Below, one piece after another: positions 42,351-51,735 of a stretch of 64,000 nucleotides of DNA (the stretch's first letter is position 1; the number at the start of each line of letters is the position of its first letter). Both the position numbers and the translations under genes were made by a program. Where the stretch lies: positions 64,001 through 128,000 of the forward strand of contig CAWJSR010000049.1 of NCBI GenBank assembly GCA_963845515.1, in the 5' to 3' direction. This DNA is from an uncultured delta proteobacterium. GTDB taxonomy: Bacteria; Myxococcota; Myxococcia; Myxococcales; Anaeromyxobacteraceae. The notes under the pieces were generated by a model. The model made no database searches. It saw only the letters and a list, made by a program, of their open reading frames with translations, and had not been told where the DNA came from.

Positions 42351-43862
42351 ATGCTCATCCCGCGCCGCGCCTCCCTGCTCCTCCCCGCGCTGCTCCTGCT
42401 GTCCGCTTGCCCCGAGCCGGCGGAGCGGCCGCGCTCCGGGGCCGCCGCGCCCGGCACCGTGCCGGCGGCGCCCCCCGAGATCACCACCGTCGCCAGGCCG
42501 GCGGGGCCGGAGTGGTTCGGGATCTTCCTCGTCGGGAAGAAGGGCGGCTGGATGGTCCAGGAGCTCCACACCGAGCGCGACGGCGGCAAGGAGCTGCTCG
42601 TCGCCAGGCAGGAGACGGTCATCCGGGTGGAGGTCGCCGGGAAGAAGGTCGAGCGCAGGCAGTGGGAGGAGCGTCGCTACGAGGCCCGCCCCGGCGGACG
42701 TCTCGTCCACCTCCACGCCGAGTGGTCCGGCGACGGCGGCGCGAAGACGGTCGACGGGAGCTGCCGGTCGGCGACCTGCACGCTGACGATCACCGGCGCG
42801 GACGGCACGAAGACCGAGCGGGTGCTCGAGGAGGTGGGTGAGACCGCCGAGACGGCCGACGCGATCCGGATCGTGGCCGCGCGCCGGGCGCCGCTCTCGG
42901 GCCCCGCGCTCGACCTGGACCAGCTCCGCGTACGGCAGATGCGCCACGCCTTCGTGCGGCGCGAGACGCTCGGCGCAGGCGGCGTCCCGCTCGAGGTCTC
43001 GGTGGTCTCCGAGCAGGAGGAGGGGGACCGGCTCGCCGTGGAGGCGAAGGTGGCGGACGACGGGCGCATCCTCGAGATCCAGGTCGGGTCGGCCATCACC
43101 GCGCGGGCGGAGCCCGAGGCGACCGCGAAGCGGCTCGACGCGGTGGATCTCTTCCTGCTGTCGCGGGTCGTCCTGCCGGCTGCGCCCCCGCGCGACGTCC
43201 CGGCGCGGGTCACCTACCGGTTCGAGCGGCTCCCGCCGGCGTTCCAGGTGGAGGACGCGCGCCAGCGCTTCGCGCCCGGACCGAAGGGCTCGGTCATCCT
43301 GACCGTCACGGCGCGCCCGCCGGCCGCGGCGGATGCGCGCCGCGACACGCCGCTCGCGAGGGCGGCCGCCAGGGGAGGCCCCGACGTGCAGCCCACCCCC
43401 CAGTTCGACTCGGATTCCCCGGCGATCGCCGCGCTGGCCAGGGAGGTGGCGGGCGGCGCAAAGGGGACCTACGAGGCCGCGGTGAAGCTCGAGCAGCACG
43501 TCTTCGCGCGGCTCCAGAAGACCTACGGGACGTCCAACGACCGCGCGAGCGACGTGCTGGCGGCGGGGCGCGGGGACTGCACGGAGCACACGGCGCTCCT
43601 CGTCGCCCTCGCACGATCCCTGGGAATTCCGGCGCGCCCGGTCCACGGCCTCGTCTTCGCGGCCTACGGCGACGGCGTGCCGTCCCTGTACTGGCACGCG
43701 TGGGTGGAGGTCCGGTCGGGCGGTGAGTGGATCCAGCTCGACCCCACGTTCGGTCAGCCGATCGCCGACGCGACCCACATCGCGCTCGGCGGCGGGACGC
43801 GGGTGGACACGGTGGGGCTGCTCGGCTCGCTCAAGGTCCTCTCGGTGGACGTCGGCCGTTGA
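42351..43862 (+). CDS. Transglutaminase-like lipoprotein
   Basis: LSAC lipobox; GDCTEHTALLVALARSLGIPAR, HAWVEV, LDPTF (Cys-His-Asp triad). Confidence 0.88.
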   Translation: MLIPRRASLLLPALLLLSACPEPAERPRSGAAAPGTVPAAPPEITTVARPAGPEWFGIFLVGKKGGWMVQELHTERDGGKELLVARQETVIRVEVAGKKVERRQWEERRYEARPGGRLVHLHAEWSGDGGAKTVDGSCRSATCTLTITGADGTKTERVLEEVGETAETADAIRIVAARRAPLSGPALDLDQLRVRQMRHAFVRRETLGAGGVPLEVSVVSEQEEGDRLAVEAKVADDGRILEIQVGSAITARAEPEATAKRLDAVDLFLLSRVVLPAAPPRDVPARVTYRFERLPPAFQVEDARQRFAPGPKGSVILTVTARPPAAADARRDTPLARAAARGGPDVQPTPQFDSDSPAIAALAREVAGGAKGTYEAAVKLEQHVFARLQKTYGTSNDRASDVLAAGRGDCTEHTALLVALARSLGIPARPVHGLVFAAYGDGVPSLYWHAWVEVRSGGEWIQLDPTFGQPIADATHIALGGGTRVDTVGLLGSLKVLSVDVGR

Positions 43863-43923
43863 CCTCGCGGCCGGGGTCGGGTTGGATCGGCGCCCCTTCC
43901 AACCCCTCGCACGGGAAGACCAC

Positions 43924-44343
43924 ATGACCGGACTGGATCACGTCGCAATCCTCGTCGCCGACCTCGACGCCGCCATCACGCTCTACCGCGACGTCTACGG
44001 ACTCACGCTCCACGAGGTCGAGGTCGTCCCGTCCGAGAAGGTGAAGGTCGCCATCTTCGGCGAGGGGCTGGGCCGAATCGAGCTCATCTCGCCCACCGGC
44101 CCCGACAGCCCGATGGCCAAGGCGATCGAGAAGCGGGGCGAGGGGCTGCACCACGTCTGCCTCGAGGTGGCGGACCTCGTGAAGGCGATCGCCGGGCTGA
44201 AGGCGCAGGGCGCGCCGCTGCTCGACGAGAAGCCCCGCCCGGGGGCGGGCGGCACGGAGGTGGCGTTCGTCCACCCCAAGGGGAGCAACGGCGTCCTCGT
44301 GGAGCTGAAGCAGGCCGGCTCGGGATCGCATTCAGGGGTATAG
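43924..44343 (+). CDS. mce: Methylmalonyl-CoA epimerase (VOC family)
   Basis: LDHVAILV, IELISP, KRGEGLHHVCLEV, GAGG...AFVHPKGSNGVLVEL. Confidence 0.88.
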   Translation: MTGLDHVAILVADLDAAITLYRDVYGLTLHEVEVVPSEKVKVAIFGEGLGRIELISPTGPDSPMAKAIEKRGEGLHHVCLEVADLVKAIAGLKAQGAPLLDEKPRPGAGGTEVAFVHPKGSNGVLVELKQAGSGSHSGV

Positions 44344-44368
44344 TCCGCTTCTTTCCAAGGGGAACCAC

Positions 44369-46111
44369 ATGTCTCGCACGCTCGCCGCGCTCGCGGCCCT
44401 CACGCTCATCGCAGGCGCCGCGCGCGCCGCCGACGAGGTGGACCCGAAGACGCAGGCCGCCATCCAGGCCGCCGTGGCGGACGCGGTGGAGAAGGCGGAG
44501 GAGCGGCTCCGCTCCGACGTCCAGACGTCCCAGGCGTCGAAGGAGATCGACGCGGCCGTCTCGCCCGGGCCGAAGCTCGAGTTCCTGGAGCTGGACGGCT
44601 ACTTCCGCCTCCGCGGCGACATGTACGACGACCTCGATCTCGACTCCGAGACCGACGCGGCGGGGCGCTACCTCTTCCCGATCCCGCTGCGAGGGAGCGC
44701 CGACCGCGCCACGCTCGCTGGCGCCAACATGCGGCTGCGGATCGAGCCGACGCTCAACATCTCGGAGCAGGTCAGGGTCCGCGCGCAGATCGACGTCCTC
44801 GACAACTACGCGTTCGGCTCGTCCAACAGCGTCCAGTTCGACGCCACCGGCAGCCCGTACCCCGTGCCGCTCTACGGGTCGTCGCGCGCGCTCGGCTACA
44901 ACTCGGCCCAGGTCGATCGCGACGCCATCCTCGTGAGGCGCGCGTGGGGCGAGGTCCAGACGCCGGTCGGCCTCCTCTCCTTCGGCCGCATGCCGGCCGG
45001 CTGGGGGCTCGGGATCCTGCAGAACCCCGGGAGCGGGCTCGACGACGACTACGGCGACACCGTCGATCGGATCCAGTTCGCGCTGCCGCCGGTGACCACG
45101 CCCGTGGGACCGCTCACCGTCGTCCCCTCGCTCGACTTCGACTCCGAGGGGGTGCAGCGATTCGATCCGCTAGGCGGCAGGCCGATCGACGCCGACAACG
45201 CCGACGACGCGCGGAGCTGGGGACTGAAGCTCGCCCGGATCGACACCGACGACGAGCTCCGTCGCAAGCTCGACAAGGGGGAGAGGAGCCTCAACTACGG
45301 CGCCTTCTACCAGTACAAGGCGCAGGTCTGGACCTTCCCGGCGTGGGACGAGACCACGGGGCAGGAGATCACGGTCCCCGCTGACAAGCGCAACGCCTAC
45401 GCACACGTCCTCGACCTCTGGACCCGCTGGCTGAAGGGGCGGTTCAAGGCGGAGGTGGAGGCGGCGGGGATCTTCGGCCACGTCGGCGACGCCAACCAGG
45501 CCATCGGCACCTCGACGGGCGAGGTCCTGATCCGGCAGCTCGGCCTCGCGGCCAACGTCGACTTCGCGCTCATGCCCAACAAGCTGCGGCTCGGCGGCGA
45601 GGCCGGCTTCGCGTCCGGCGACGACGCGCCTGGCTTCGGCAACAACCCGGGGATCGCCGCCGCGACGACCCGCGCCCCGTATCCGTACGGCGTGCTCGAG
45701 GGGCAGCAGTACGGCGTCGGCGGCGATCACTCGATCCGGAACTTCCGGTTCAACCCGGCCTACCGGGTCGACGTGATCCTCTTCCGGCAGATCCTCGGCG
45801 GCGTCACCGACGCCTGGTACGTGAAGCCCAAGGTCCACTGGGACGTGATGCCGGGGATCTCGATCGACGGCGCGATCGTCTACTCCAGCGCCCTCTTCGG
45901 CGAGTCGACCCCCAGCTCGACGGGCGCGGGCACGGGGAAGAAGGCGCTCGGCATCGAGGGGGACGGGAAGGTCACCTACACCTCGGGCGACGGCTTCGAG
46001 GCCTGGGTCGAGTACGGCATCCTCCAGCCGCTCGACGCGCTCAAGACCAGCTCGGACAGGACGCTCGCGCGCGGCCACGCGCTGCACCTGGGGATCGCGG
46101 CGAAGTTCTGA
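44369..46111 (+). CDS. Myxobacterial outer-membrane beta-barrel (TIGR04551-like)
   Basis: Signal peptide; LELDGYFRLR, ANMRLRIEPTLNISEQVRVRAQIDVLDN, FRFNPAYRVDVILFRQI; terminal Phe. Confidence 0.8.
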   Translation: MSRTLAALAALTLIAGAARAADEVDPKTQAAIQAAVADAVEKAEERLRSDVQTSQASKEIDAAVSPGPKLEFLELDGYFRLRGDMYDDLDLDSETDAAGRYLFPIPLRGSADRATLAGANMRLRIEPTLNISEQVRVRAQIDVLDNYAFGSSNSVQFDATGSPYPVPLYGSSRALGYNSAQVDRDAILVRRAWGEVQTPVGLLSFGRMPAGWGLGILQNPGSGLDDDYGDTVDRIQFALPPVTTPVGPLTVVPSLDFDSEGVQRFDPLGGRPIDADNADDARSWGLKLARIDTDDELRRKLDKGERSLNYGAFYQYKAQVWTFPAWDETTGQEITVPADKRNAYAHVLDLWTRWLKGRFKAEVEAAGIFGHVGDANQAIGTSTGEVLIRQLGLAANVDFALMPNKLRLGGEAGFASGDDAPGFGNNPGIAAATTRAPYPYGVLEGQQYGVGGDHSIRNFRFNPAYRVDVILFRQILGGVTDAWYVKPKVHWDVMPGISIDGAIVYSSALFGESTPSSTGAGTGKKALGIEGDGKVTYTSGDGFEAWVEYGILQPLDALKTSSDRTLARGHALHLGIAAKF

Positions 46112-46141
46112 GGGCTGCGGCGACGGCCGCGGCCGCGCGGG

Positions 46142-47767
46142 TCATCCGCGCGCCAGGCCGGAGCCGCGCTGCGGCACCAGGAACGTGACGGTGGTGCCGC
46201 GCGCGGTCTCGCTCGCGATCCGGATCGCGCCGCGGTGCTGCTCGATGATGCCGAAGACGACCGCCAGGCCGAGCCCTGTCCCCTCGCCGATCTCCTTCGT
46301 GGTGAAGAACGGCTCGAAGACCCGTGCCCGCTCCTCCGGCTCCATCCCGGCGCCGTCGTCCGAGACCGAGACCTGCGCGTAGGCGCCTGGCGCCGGCAGG
46401 CCGGCCCGCGTGGCGGCCTCCGCGTCGAGCCTCGTCGACGCGGCGGACACGACGATCCGCCCGGCTCCGCGGATTGCGTCCTGCGAGTTCGAGACGAGGT
46501 TGACGAGGACCTGCTCCAGCTGGCCGGGGTCGGCCATCACCGGGAGCGGCTCGGCGGGGAGCTCGATCTCCAGGTCGATCTCCTCGCGGAGCTGCCGGCG
46601 CAGGAGCCGCTGAGACCTGCGGACGAGCTCGACGAGGTCGACGAGCTCGGTCCCCCGGTCCTGGCGCCGGCTGAAGGTGAGGAGGCTCCGGGTGAGGGAG
46701 GCCGCTCGATCGACCGCGATCAGGATCTCTTCGGCGTCGAGCCGGTGCGGGTTGCCGAGCTCCAGGTCGGACCGGAGCACCGCCGCGTGCTTCTTGATCG
46801 ACGCGAGGAGGCCATTGAAGTCGTGCGCCACGCCTCCAGCGAGCTGGCCGATGGCGCGCAGCTTCTGGGTCTGGCCGACCTGCTCCTCGAGCTGACGCTG
46901 GCGCGTGATGTCGACGCCGGACAGGAGGAGGCCGTGGCGCCCGCCGCCATCGTCGGCCAGCGCCGTCGCGTACCAGTTGACGATCCGCCGCTCGCCGGAG
47001 GGGCGCGACACCGGGAACTCCACGCTGACGATGTCGCCGGGGCGAGCCGCGGCCAGCTCGGCGAGGACACGCTTCCGGTCGCTACCTTCGACGAAGGTCG
47101 CCATCCAGTCGCGCCCCAGCACGTCAGCTGCACCGCGGCCGAGGATCTCCTCCCCCTTCCGATTGACTGAGCGCGCGCGCCCCTCGTCGTCCAGGACGAC
47201 GAAGGCGACGCCGGCGACGTCCAGGTACTGCTGCGCGGCGGCGCGCTGCCGCTGCAGCGCGGTCCCGCTCAGGCGCAGGGCGCGGAGCGGCACGGTCCGC
47301 AGGAAGTGGAAGACGAGCACCGCAAACGGGATGAGGACGACCAGCAGCGCGGCGGCACGAGCGAGGAGTGGGCTCAGCGAGCGCGCGACCTCGACCGTCC
47401 CGACGCGCACGCCGGCGTCGAGCAGCGGCGCCGACCGGGTCATCAGCGGCAGCGGCAGCGGGTCGGAGCTCTCCGCGACGACCTCGCCGCGTGCGTTGAG
47501 GATCCTCCTCCGCTCGTCGACGCCTCTACGCGGCCTGCTCGAGAGCTGCTCGCCCAGCCGGGTGCTCTCGAACTCCCAGAGATCCGGATCCGCGCTGACG
47601 ACCTGGGTCACGGCCCAGGAGGTCAGCTCTGCCTCGGCCTCGATGGCCCCCGCCGCTCGCTGGTAGGAGAGGAAGAACCAGGCCGCCGGCGGCAGCGCGA
47701 CCGCGGAGAGCGTGAGGGCGGTGGCCGTCACGGTGAGCCAGCGGGTGACTGAGGGATCTGTCGCCAT
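46142..47767 (-). CDS. Membrane PAS sensor histidine kinase
   Basis: Two TMs, YLDVAGVAFVVLD PAS, GQLAGGVAHDFN H-box, NLVSNSQDA, DDGAGM, FEPFFTTKEIGEGTGLGL. Confidence 0.9.
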   Translation of the reverse strand: MATDPSVTRWLTVTATALTLSAVALPPAAWFFLSYQRAAGAIEAEAELTSWAVTQVVSADPDLWEFESTRLGEQLSSRPRRGVDERRRILNARGEVVAESSDPLPLPLMTRSAPLLDAGVRVGTVEVARSLSPLLARAAALLVVLIPFAVLVFHFLRTVPLRALRLSGTALQRQRAAAQQYLDVAGVAFVVLDDEGRARSVNRKGEEILGRGAADVLGRDWMATFVEGSDRKRVLAELAAARPGDIVSVEFPVSRPSGERRIVNWYATALADDGGGRHGLLLSGVDITRQRQLEEQVGQTQKLRAIGQLAGGVAHDFNGLLASIKKHAAVLRSDLELGNPHRLDAEEILIAVDRAASLTRSLLTFSRRQDRGTELVDLVELVRRSQRLLRRQLREEIDLEIELPAEPLPVMADPGQLEQVLVNLVSNSQDAIRGAGRIVVSAASTRLDAEAATRAGLPAPGAYAQVSVSDDGAGMEPEERARVFEPFFTTKEIGEGTGLGLAVVFGIIEQHRGAIRIASETARGTTVTFLVPQRGSGLARG

Positions 47768-48600
47768 CACTCCAGGGGCGGCAGGTGGAGCGCCAGGTTC
47801 CCCGCCTTCTCCAGGATGCGCCGCGCCGCCGGCGTCGCCAGGAAGCCCACGAACTTGCGCACGTTGGGGTCCGCAGGCGCCCGGATCACGAGGTAGAGCG
47901 TCTTGCCCAGCGGGTAGGTGCCGGCCTCGAGGTTCTTCAGGGTCGGCGCCACGCCGTTCCAGTCGAGGGGGGTCACGGGGAGCGCCTCGGTGACGATCTG
48001 CGTGAGCGACGTCGGGCCGATGGAGCCGGGGATGCGCACGAGCATGGCGTTGCACTCCTGGTTCGTGCTGGCGACGAGCATCCCCTCGCGGTCCAGAGCC
48101 GCCTCCAGCGCCGCGCCGATCTCGGGCGAGATGGCCAGGACGATCTGCGTGTCGGCGTCGGTCCGCGGCCGCAGCACCAGGCGGATCCGCTCGCCGTTCG
48201 GCCAGCGCGAGACCTCGCCGCGGTACATCCGCGCGACCTCGGTCGCGGTGACGCCGGTGACGCCGGTGCGCGGCCCGGCTGCGAAGAGGAAGGGCGTCTC
48301 CGCGTACGGGATCGCCACGAGCCCGAGGCTGAACTCGTCCTTGCGGAGCGGCCGCGCCGAGATGCCGATGTCGAGCGCCCCCTTCGCGACGGCCTGGAAC
48401 GCGCCTCCGCTCCCCACGCTCGCCAGGACCTTGAGCTGATGGCCGGGGTGGGCCTCCTCGAAGGCGGCCGCGAGCTGGCGCATCGCGCCGAGCGCGGTCC
48501 CGGTGCCGCTGACGCGCAGGACCTCCCCGGCGCGGCCAGCGGCGGGCAGCAGGAGCGTGGCTCCAACGACGAAGGCGAGGGTGGCGTGGGCGCGTCTCAT
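47767..48600 (-). CDS. PstS-like periplasmic binding protein
   Basis: Signal peptide, LRVSGTGT, SVGSGGA, LDIGISARPL, GTYPLGKTLYLV; TGATG overlap with the kinase start. Confidence 0.85.
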   Translation of the reverse strand: MRRAHATLAFVVGATLLLPAAGRAGEVLRVSGTGTALGAMRQLAAAFEEAHPGHQLKVLASVGSGGAFQAVAKGALDIGISARPLRKDEFSLGLVAIPYAETPFLFAAGPRTGVTGVTATEVARMYRGEVSRWPNGERIRLVLRPRTDADTQIVLAISPEIGAALEAALDREGMLVASTNQECNAMLVRIPGSIGPTSLTQIVTEALPVTPLDWNGVAPTLKNLEAGTYPLGKTLYLVIRAPADPNVRKFVGFLATPAARRILEKAGNLALHLPPLE

Positions 48601-48721
48601 CTCGATCTCGAAGGCGCGATGGTGGCACGGGGACCAGCCGGAAAGAAGCGAGGCCGAACGTCCACGATGCCGCGCGACAAGAAGGCGCTTGGAGCCGGCA
48701 GTAGGTCCGTGAAGGCGCGAG

Positions 48722-49865
48722 TCATGGCGGGGAGGGCGCGTGGGACTCGCTGGGGTTCCGCGCGAACCGATCCATCCACGGGTCGCCAAACACGCGGCGC
48801 GCGGCGAGCCCGTTGTGCATGCGGCAGCAGAGCCGGAGGTTGCCGACGGTGGACCCGCCGCCGCGCGCTCGAGGCACGACGTGGTCGAATTCGAGGCGAA
48901 CCGTCGAGCCGCAGACCCCGCCCCCGTCGAGCGGCCACTGACATCGCCCCCCGTCGCGGATCCAGACTTCCCGGCGGACCGCGGCAGGGATGTGGCGGCC
49001 GCTCTCGTTCTCTTCCCCAGTGCCTCCTTCCCTCGCCTCCACCGCGGGAGAGGGCAGGGGGCGCGGCTTCGCGACGATCCCCTTCCGCCTCGCAGCCCGC
49101 TCGATGAGCAGGTCGAGACCGGCCTCGAGGATCGCCTCCGCGTCAGCGCTGGGGCGCGAATGGGACAGCGCAGCGCGCGCCACCTCCAGCTTTTCGAGGA
49201 ACCGCTTCGAGACCGTGACGTGTAGCCGGCGCAGGTCGGCGGTGAGCGGTTCGGCGGCGTCGCGCGGGGCGGCCGCCGGCAGCGGGGCCGTCCGGCCGGA
49301 CTGCGGCGTCGCAGCGAGTGGATCGCGGCAGCGTTTCAACCGGATGAAACGCTTGACCCAACGCAAGTGACGCCGGGTCAGCGGCCGGCTGCGCTTCCGA
49401 GTCGCGCGCGGCGCTCCCAGCTACTACCGCGTGGACGGGTGGCGCGAGAGCCGTCACCACCGCGCGGTGCGGCGCGCCTTCTCGAGGAGAGATCTCCGCC
49501 GCGACCTCCTTCGCCCGCTGCTTCGAGGCGTGAAAGAAGCGGGGCAGGACCTCAGCCCTGTTCTCCGGCGCCAGGACTCGCGCCAACTCCACGATGCTGG
49601 TGATACAGAGCCGCCCGTCCCTTAGCGGTTCGACCACCTCAGGGAAGCGCTGGATGAGCTCAGCGGCGGTCTTCCGGTACTGGGCTGCGCCAGCCGAGAG
49701 GCCGAGCGCGCGGTGCAGGAAGTAGAAGAGGCTGGAATATCCGAGCTCGACCCAGAGCCGCCGCCTGTCGAAGTCGGCGAGGGCGACGAGGAAGTCGGCC
49801 ATGGACCCCTGCTCGCGGCGGAGGAGTTCGAGGAGACGGGAGGTGAATTCGCGCGCGCTGAGCAT
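48722..49865 (-). CDS. HNH endonuclease with helical DUF222-like N-terminus; frameshift near 49365
   Basis: N-terminal FLVALADFDRRRLWVELGYSSLFYFLHRALGLS; C-terminal RHIPAAVRREVWIRDGGRC...CGS...EFDHVVP...NLRLCCRMHN. Confidence 0.85.
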
Positions 49866-50262
49866 GCACGCATAGTCTCATGCGCTTTCGGGCCTCTCTG
49901 TGACGCGCGCATTCGCCCGCTGGAACGAAATCGGGAAGGGGGGTTCTTCTCTCCGAAGGTGAAGCCGCGGCGCGTCCCTGGTGTGGCGGTGCGCGCTCAG
50001 AGGCGCTGTCTCTTGCGGACTGTGGAAGCGTGGCGCACCCGAGGTGAATCAGCGTCAAGTGCGCTGTGAGTGGAACCCAAGAGGGACGCGCGCAGCGGTC
50101 CGCCGCCGCGGTCGCGACTTCGCCTTACCGAGCTTTCGCATACGCCGCCCGCCAGTCGCCAAGGGTGGCCGTCCGAGGTGCCTCCGCGTCGATGCCGCTT
50201 CTACCGAAGAAGGAGCATGCAGAGGGCGGGCGCGGGGGGCCGCGCACGGTGAGTGCACGAAG

Positions 50263-51026
50263 TCAGCGCGGCGCCAGGAACTGCTCGTATCGCTGCTCGA
50301 GGTACTCGGCCTTCGGACGATCGAGCACATTCGCTGGGACATGGATGTGCTGCTCGGCGAACCGAAGGAAGCCGTGCTCCAGTGTCGGGCCGTCGCGGGT
50401 GTCGCGAATTCTTTGGTCGAGTTCGATGCTTCCGTCTGGCCTGATGCCGATCAGTAGCCGATCGAATGCGCCGTGGTGCAGGCGGCAGAGACAGAGGCCG
50501 TTCGGGACCTCAGGAACTCCGCGCTCGTCGCGGTCCTCGACGATGTGGGCCGCGTCCAGCAGTTCGGCGCGTGGAAATCTGCACACGGCACAGCGTCCGT
50601 CATAGGCGTCGAGGACCTGGTCGCGAAAGACGCGGGCCACAGCGGCTCGTATCGATGTGGTGCAATGCCGAACAGGTAGATCAGCGGAGTCCGATCTTCC
50701 CAGGCTTCGCGAAGGCAGGTGTTGTCGTGGTTGTACGGATCCGTGCCCTGGAAACGGTATTCGAACCATCCGCCCGACGAATCCGCCGTGAGGTCGTCGT
50801 ACCTGGCTATGCGCCCGGACCGCGGCACGGTCGTCTTGATGCTGAGGACTCCGCGCAGCAGTTGGCGGGGCTTGTGTATTCCGCGCGCCTTGTTGGCGAT
50901 GAATACTGCCTCGCCTTCGACCTCGAGGGTCTCGGAGAGCTGGGACCACGTCACGACGCGACCATGCACCTGCGTGAGGTGCGACAGGCGCGCAAATGCG
51001 GCCAGGCGGATGGCGGCGTCGGTCAC
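50263..51026 (-). pseudogene. HNH restriction-endonuclease-like gene (SRA-like N-domain + HNH), frame-broken near 50630
   Basis: IRLAAF...GIHKP...LSIKT...YDD...YRFQGTDP...PLIYLFGIAP.RYEPLWP joined out of frame to FRDQVLDAYDGRCAVC...LDAAHI...NGLCLCRLHHGAFD. Confidence 0.7.
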
Positions 51027-51166
51027 CGGAACTCTCCCCGGTGATGCTGCCAGGTGCGGCGCGTCGGCGCTACCCGGGGAGCAGGCGCTTTGGCATCGTG
51101 TGCTTGGCGACGCTGAGGCCGGCACCTCCGGTCGCCGCTGTCCGACCCCCAGGGTATCCGCAGCTC

Positions 51167-51544
51167 ATGGCAAAGCGAGCGTCGAAGAGTGCGCCGTCGA
51201 GGAAGGTTGTGAAGCGCGGGAATGCGGCCCGCTACTACATCGTGGCGCTCGCCACGTTCGAAGGCGAAGACACGGCCTGCTACCTGCTCGGTGTCGACCC
51301 GATGTGGATCGTGATCGCGGCCAGTCCCACTGCCGGAGCCGGGATCATCGACAGCGGGTATCGCAGCCTCGAGGAGGCGCAGGAGGCGTGGCCCGAGGCG
51401 GTCGCGCCGGGGCCCGCGCTGCGCGCCCGAGCTGGACACGTTCGCACCGGCTGGAATCGGATACCGCCTGTCGTTTCGGAGCATTGGTTCCAGTCCCTCT
51501 GGAAGAAGGCCGGGAAGGCGAGCGCACGAGCGCACGGCGGGTGA
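51167..51544 (+). CDS. Small hypothetical protein
   Basis: MAKRASKSAPSRK... globular-looking ORF divergent from the HNH gene. Confidence 0.5.
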   Translation: MAKRASKSAPSRKVVKRGNAARYYIVALATFEGEDTACYLLGVDPMWIVIAASPTAGAGIIDSGYRSLEEAQEAWPEAVAPGPALRARAGHVRTGWNRIPPVVSEHWFQSLWKKAGKASARAHGG

Positions 51545-51554
51545 ACCCGAGAAG

Positions 51555-51595
51555 CCCCCTCACCCAGCCTCTCCCCCGCCGGGGCGGGGGAGAGG
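51555..51595 (+). repeat. BoxC/REP-like palindromic element, copy 3 (island/argH boundary)
   Basis: ccccctcaccc-ag-cctctcccccgcc-gg-ggcgggggagagg. Confidence 0.75.
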
Positions 51596-51735
51596 TGCAT
51601 CTCCAAGGCTTCAAGATGCGATGAATGGTCAGCGTCGGGGCGGAGGAGAGGTGTATCTCCATGGTGCCGCGTCCGTGACCGTGAACGCCTCCGCGATCCC
51701 TTCCCCACGTCCGCCGTGCTACTTTCCCCGGTTCC

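Noticed and set aside
46142..48628. Apparent 828-aa kinase
   Set aside because: The N-terminal part is an off-frame read of the PBP gene; the kinase starts at 47767.
48722..49865. HNH gene as IscB/Cas9-like RNA-guided nuclease
   Set aside because: No PLMP N-terminus or split RuvC motifs seen, and no CRISPR array nearby.
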